DNA from: the human T2T-CHM13v2.0 reference genome, Homo sapiens
DNA length: 64,000 nucleotides
Strand: one strand, 5' to 3'
NCBI RefSeq assembly: GCF_009914755.1
Contig: NC_060928.1
Position 1 is the first letter of the stretch. Each line of letters opens with the position of its first letter. Below, piece after piece: positions 58,308-64,000 of the stretch. The translations under genes and the position numbers were made by a program. The notes beneath the pieces were generated by a model that searched no databases, was not told the DNA's origin, and saw nothing but the letters and a program-made list of their open reading frames with translations.

Positions 58308-58889
58308 CCTAAAACAAAATGTTTAAAAATTATTAATATATTAATTCAAGCCTGTTGTGCAAATTCTGAGTAGCCTATTGTATTACCAGAGCCTCTGAAT
58401 AAACTTGCCTGTCCATGATCTACCTAACAGTTCACTCACTCCCACAGGGCATTGAGGATGGAAAGATAAGTGCTCTACATATGCGGTGCTTGAAATTTAG
58501 CAAAAGAGAAAGACATAGACATCAAGTGTTTAATGCAGTTTGAAGTGCTATGAAACGGGCACTTGATCTAACTAGGTGGTTCAAAGGAGGCTTTCTGGAA
58601 AAAATACCTCCTAAGCTGAGCTTAAAGGATAAGAAGGAGTTAATCAGAATCATGTGAACACCTGAGAGATGTGTTCTAGAAGGAGGAGCATTCATACTTC
58701 AAAGAAAGGCATGAAGATGAAACAGTTTAGAGTGTTTGGAAAATGATGGGGAGTTTGCCAGCACTAGAGCATAAGATAGGCACAGAAGAAAGGGAGAAGG
58801 AGCCATAGAAGTTTCAGAGCCAGAGCCTCTTTTTTTCTGCCTGAGAAAGTCAAAGTATACTTCTCAGTATGGGGATGAGATTGAGATCA

Positions 58890-58955
58890 GACAAGTATGT
58901 TGATTTAAAAAGCATGTTGATTTAAAAGGACAAGTATATTGATTTAAAAGGACAA
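58890..58955. repeat. Short tandem array, about 3 copies of a ~22-bp unit
   Basis: gacaagtat(g/a)ttgatttaaaag repeated, middle copy truncated. Confidence 0.8.
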
Positions 58956-59624
58956 TCTATTAAAGATGCAATTGAAGAACCCAGTAATACAGCCATACCT
59001 CAAAGATCATGTGGGTTCTGTTCCAGACCACTACAATAAGACAAATATCACAATCAAGCAAACCATACTTTTTTTTTTGTTTTCCTGTGAATATAAATGT
59101 TTACACAATACTGTAGTCTATTAAGTGTGCAATAGCATTATGTCTAAAAAACAATGTGCAAACTGTAATTTAAAAATACTTTACTGTTAAAAATTGATAA
59201 CAATCATGTTTCTTCAGCAATCTTGCAAAAAGATTAGCAAGTATAATATTTTTGCTGGTAGAACTGGCCTTAATGTTGTTGGCTGCTGCTGATCAAGGTG
59301 ATAGTTGCTGAAGGTTGGAGTAATTGTGGCAGTTTCTTAAAATAAGACAATGAAATTTGCCTCATTGATTGAACTCTTCCTTTCACAAGAGATTTCTCTT
59401 TAGCATATGATGCTGTTGACAGCATTTTATCCATGGTAGAACTTCTTTCAAAATTAGACTCAATCCTCTCAAATCCTGCTGCTGCTTTCTCAAATAAGTT
59501 TATGCAGTATTCTAAATTCTTAGCTATCAATTGAATGATGTTCATAGCCTCTTCACCAGGAGTCAATTCCATCTCAAGAAACTGCTTTCTTTGTCCATCT
59601 AGAAGACACTACTCCTCATTTGTT

Positions 59625-61308
59625 CTAGTTTGATCATGAGATTCCAGTAATTCAGTTAAATATTCAGGCTCCACTTCTAATTCTAGTTCTCTTGCTATTT
59701 CCACCACATTTACAGTTATTTCTTCTAATGAATTATTGAACCCCTCAAAATCATTCATGAGAGTTGAAGTCAACTTTTTCCAAACTCCTGTTAGTGTTAT
59801 TTTAACCTCCAGTAATGAATTGTGGAAGTTCTTAATGGCATACAGAATGGTGAATCCTTTCCAGAAAGTTTTCAATTTATTTCGTCTAGATCTATCACAG
59901 GAATCACTCTTTATGGCAGCTATAGCCTTACAAAATGTATTTCTTAAATAATAAGATGTGAAAGTCAAAATTACTGCTTGATGCAGGGGCTGAAGAATGG
60001 ATGTTGTGTTCAGAGGCATAAAAACAACATTAATCTCCTATACATCTCCATTAGAACTCCTGGACAAGCAGGTGCATTGTCACTGAGAACTAATATTTTG
60101 AAAGGAATCTCTTTGTGAGGAGTAGGTCTCAAGGGTGGGTTTAAAACTTTCAGCAAACCATGCTATAAACAGATGTGTTGTCATTCAGGCTTTGTTGTTC
60201 CACTTACAGAGCACAGGCAGAATAGATTTAGTATAGTTTTTTTTAAAAGTAGTGCGGACCCAAAGAGTGAGCAACAGCAAGATTTATTGTGAAGTGCAAA
60301 GCAATAAAGCTTCCACAGCATGGAAAGGGGACCCGAGCAAGTTGCCTGATTTAGCATAATTTTTAAGTCAGGCAAAAAGTTGACTTCAACTCTCATGAAT
60401 GATTTTGAGGGGTTCAATAATTCAGTAGAGAAAGTAACTGCAAATGTGATGGAAATAGCAAGATAACTAGAATTAGAAGTGGAGCCTGAGTATTTAACTG
60501 AACTACTACAATCTCATGATCAAACTAGAACAAATGAGGACTAACTTCTTCTAGAAGGGCAAAGAAAGTGGTTTCTTGAGATGGAATCGAATCCTGGTGA
60601 AGTCTAGGTTGGAATGGTAAATGAGTACTGGCTTCAACTTAAAATCATCAGCTGCATTAGCTGCTAACAAGAGAGTCAGCGTGTCCTTTGAAGCTTTAAA
60701 GCCAGACACTGACTTCTCCTCTCTAGCTATGAAACTTTTAGACAACATCTTCTCCCAATAGAAGGTTGTTTCATCCACATTGAAAATCTGTTTAGTGTAC
60801 TCACTTTAGCTAGACCTTCTAGGTAACTTGCTGTAGCTACTCCAATAGCACTTGCTGCTTCGCTTTGCACTCTTATGTTATGGAGATGACTTCTTTCCTT
60901 AAACCTCATGAGCCAAACTCTGCTAGCTTCAGACTTTTCTTCTGTAGCTTCCTTACCTCTCTCAGCCTTCACAGAGATAAAGAGAGTTAGGGCCTTGTTC
61001 TGGGTTAAGTTTTGAATTAAGGGAAGGTTGTGGCTGGTTTGATATTCTATTCAGATCCCTAAAACTTTCTCCATATCAGCAATAAGGCTGTTTTGCTTTC
61101 TCATTCTTCACGTGTTCAGTGAAGTAGCACTTTTCCTTTGAGAACTATTTCTTTGTGTTCACAATTTGGCTAACTGGCCCAAGAGGCTTAGTGTTTGGCC
61201 AGTCTTGACTTTCATCATGCGTTCCTCACTAAGCTTAATACTTTCTAGCTTTTGATTTCAAGTGAGAGATGTATGACTCTTCCCTTTACTTGAACACTTA
61301 GAGGCCAT
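59625..61308 (-). pseudogene. Disrupted Tigger1 (pogo-like) transposase
   Basis: ATG at 61308 (MASKCSS...); many stops and frameshifts; fragments at 60727-60972, 60551-60778 and 59609-60019. Confidence 0.85.
60244..60346 (-). mobile_element. Isolated ~100-bp LTR12 (ERV9) fragment inside Tigger1
   Basis: gtagtgcggacccaaagagtgagcaacagcaagatttattgtgaag...aaagcttccacagcatggaaaggggacccgagc matches recalled LTR12 antisense sequence. Confidence 0.85.
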
Positions 61309-63336
61309 TGTAGGATTATTAATTGGCCTAATTTCATTATTGTTGTGTTTCAGGGAATAGGCCGGCCCTGTGGAGAGGGTGAGAGACTGGGGAATGGCCA
61401 GTCAGTGGAGCAGTCAGAATACACACAATATTTATAGATTAAGTTTGGAATCTTACATGGATGTAGTTCATGGTGCTCCTAATCTGAACTCGATTATTCC
61501 TGAGGTATATGGTATAAAAATTTCTCTAGTAATACCAAAGATCACTAAAATATATATAATAATAACGAAAATGTTTGAAATACCGTAAAAAATTCCAAAA
61601 TGTGATACAAAGACACAAACTGAGCACATGCTGTTGGAAAAATGGCACCAAAAGGCCTGCTCAGCAGGGTTGCCACAAGCCTTCGCTTTGTAAAAAGCCC
61701 ATTATCTGCAAAGCACAACAATGTGAAGTGCAAGAACACAAGGTATCTGTGTTATGCCTGTATCATTGAGCCTGGGTAACACACTCCTTATAGCTCTGGA
61801 CACCGTGAAAATACAGGGAAAATTCAAACTGTACTAAGGTACAGTGTTCTCTCTTGTTCAGCTGGAGAGAAAATGAATGAACACAAATTAAGTAATTTGA
61901 GGGACAGTGCATCAGGATTCATTATTAAGTGTGTTTGCTGTACCACGTACATCAGGAGTAACTGAATTCAGATTAGAAAGAAAGGGTGGTATAAAAGAGA
62001 GGGTGGGTTTCACTTAAAGCTGAAATGGAGGAAGGGTGGCACTTGTATAGGAGAAGGAGTTCTAGGAATAATATAAGCCAGGAGTTTGAAACTGAGATCA
62101 ACATCAGGTGTTCTTGGAAATGCTAAGGTAGGTTTTTTCAATTGCCAGTGGTTCTCAAGGCTGCTTGATGCTCAGTGCTAAAAGTGTTGCTCAGATGCAG
62201 CTCAAAGATCACCTCTTTGAGTCCGTTCTGATGCTCTCCACTTTCTAAATAGGATTGGTCAGTCTTTCTTTTATGTCCCTCTAAAATCTACATAGACGTG
62301 AGGCCCAGGCAATTTACTAAACTAATTTTTTGGTATGTTCATTTATATATAAACCCAATGTAGCCAAAATTATGTCTTTATGTTCTCAATGACTAGTACA
62401 GTTCTTGGTACACAGATCACACTCGAAAACCTTTCTTTCCTGGATGATTGAATACATGATTATGCTAATAATAGGTATGATGACTATGCAAAGCAAAGAC
62501 AGCAATGATGTTAACACTGCAAATAATACCCAATATTTATTGAGCTCTGTGTGATAGGCACTGTGCTAAGGAGAATTTTAACAAGTATCATTTCATTTAA
62601 ATTTCAAAATAATGTCATGAGGTAGCTACGACTAGTACTCCATTTTACAAATGAGAGAACTGAGGTTCAGGTGGTTATATCTTCACCAAGATCACAGCCA
62701 GTAAAAGGAAAAGCTGGAAATGAACTCTAGGTCTGTCTCACTTCAAAGACCATGATCTTATCCACTACTTATAGATCTTTTATTTTTAAGAGAGTGTAGA
62801 CTTAAGGTGATTTTATTTTATTTTTTAACATTTGTTCATTGAATGTATGTGTCCTAGACTCGAAAGGCTCAATGTAGTGCAACAGTCTGAATAGTAATGT
62901 AATTTTAAAAATTAAAATGGGTCTTTAACAAATCTATGAAATAAGAGTTTGCAAACTCAATAAAAAGAGTATATTATCAACTTCTCTAAGAGACAATAAT
63001 ACCGAAAATGAAAACCAATAGGACAGGGCACTCAGGCATTGACTCATTGTATGACAATACCAGGCAGATGGCTTAATTTATATAACAACTATCTAAGTTG
63101 GTCCAGCAGTGTGAAGTTAGGGGAAAGGAAGTCATTTTATTGAAAAAACGCATGTGTTAATTCAAATCACTTGACAGTTTGGCAGACAATTCCACCAACC
63201 GCCTAAAAAGAGACTAGACCCCCATCCCCTCAATAGTACAGAAGGGATAGAAAAACCTAGTTAAATTTCCAAAAAACAATAAGTCATCAACCTGAGACCC
63301 CCTTCTCAATGGTTCCCTTTATTGCCAACTCTAGAA

Positions 63337-63650
63337 CAAGGGCTGGCAAAATACAGTGGTAGGCCAAATCTAGTCTATTCTCAATTTTGGTATCACCTGC
63401 CAGCTAAACATTGTTTCACATGTAAAATAATGGTTAAAAGGGCAGACATTAAATAAATATATTGTGACATATGAAAATTGTATGGGATTCAAAGAGCATC
63501 TACAATGTTTTATTAGAACATGGCCACACCTATCTGTTTGCATATTATCTACGGCTGCTTTTGTGCTACAACAGAGTTGAGGAGTTGTGACAGACTGCAT
63601 GGCCCACAAAACCCAAAATGTTTACTACTGAAAAAGCTGGCTGGCCACTG
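63337..63650. mobile_element. MER58B hAT-Charlie element
   Basis: caagggctggcaaa...tacggctgcttttgtgctacaacagagttgaggagttgtgacaga...; imperfect 8-bp TSD ctctagaa/cttgagaa. Confidence 0.8.
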
Positions 63651-63742
63651 CTTGAGAATCAAGCTCAGCAGGTGTCAGACAACTTGGCACAGAACACACT
63701 GCAGATACCATGGGTTTGGCCTTTCCAACTTATTACCTAACT

Positions 63743-63924
63743 CAATGGTTCTCAAAGTTTGGCCCCTGGACCAGCAGCATGATCCTCAAGTAAGAACCCA
63801 TTAGAAATGTGAATTATGACCCCAACCCCAGATTTACTGAATTGGAAACTCCATGGGTTGGGCCCAACAATCTGTGTCTAACAGGTCAGCTAGGTGATTC
63901 TGAAGCATTCTTCAGAGAACGGTA
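63743..63924. mobile_element. MER5A
   Basis: caatggttctcaaagtttggcccctggaccagcagcat...attagaaatg...ggtgattctga. Confidence 0.82.
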
Positions 63925-64000
63925 GTCAAACTCAAGAAACTGGAACATGGCAACTGTTGTTTCAACACAATTACAAGAAAGGCACTTATTGGCTCCTATT

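Larger units (their letters stand above)
58990..61760 (-). mobile_element. Near full-length Tigger1 DNA transposon with an internal rearrangement
   Basis: TIRs cagccatacctc...tatgcctg flanked by TA; transposase fragments [30 protein letters not shown]. Confidence 0.93.

Noticed and set aside
59270-61308. Domesticated TIGD-like transposase gene
   Set aside because: The frame is broken by many stops, frameshifts and an internal rearrangement; TIRs and the TA TSD show an ordinary fossil Tigger1

Overview
Primate (very probably human) AT-rich, CpG-depleted non-coding DNA, either intergenic or deep inside a large intron. Much of it is interspersed repeat: about 15 Alus, five + strand L1 fragments, L2/MIR relics, LTRs (MLT1, MLT2, MER41A nested in MER21, LTR33) and DNA transposons (near full-length Tigger1, Tigger3a, MER20, MER58B, MER5A, MER81). 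I recognise no protein-coding gene, RNA gene, CpG island or CRISPR array. The long ORFs are L1 ORF2, Tigger transposase or Alu read-through, apart from one unexplained 148-aa ORF. I found no evidence for a new biological system. The most unusual structures are a 17-copy palindromic 33-bp minisatellite inside an L1MA 3' UTR, a complex templated rearrangement inside Tigger1 (captured LTR12 fragment plus a 229-bp inverted duplication), a probable L1PA2 3' transduction, and several templated deletion-junction scars. Repeat subfamily names come from recalled consensus sequences and need RepeatMasker/Dfam confirmation. Boundaries of old repeats are approximate.
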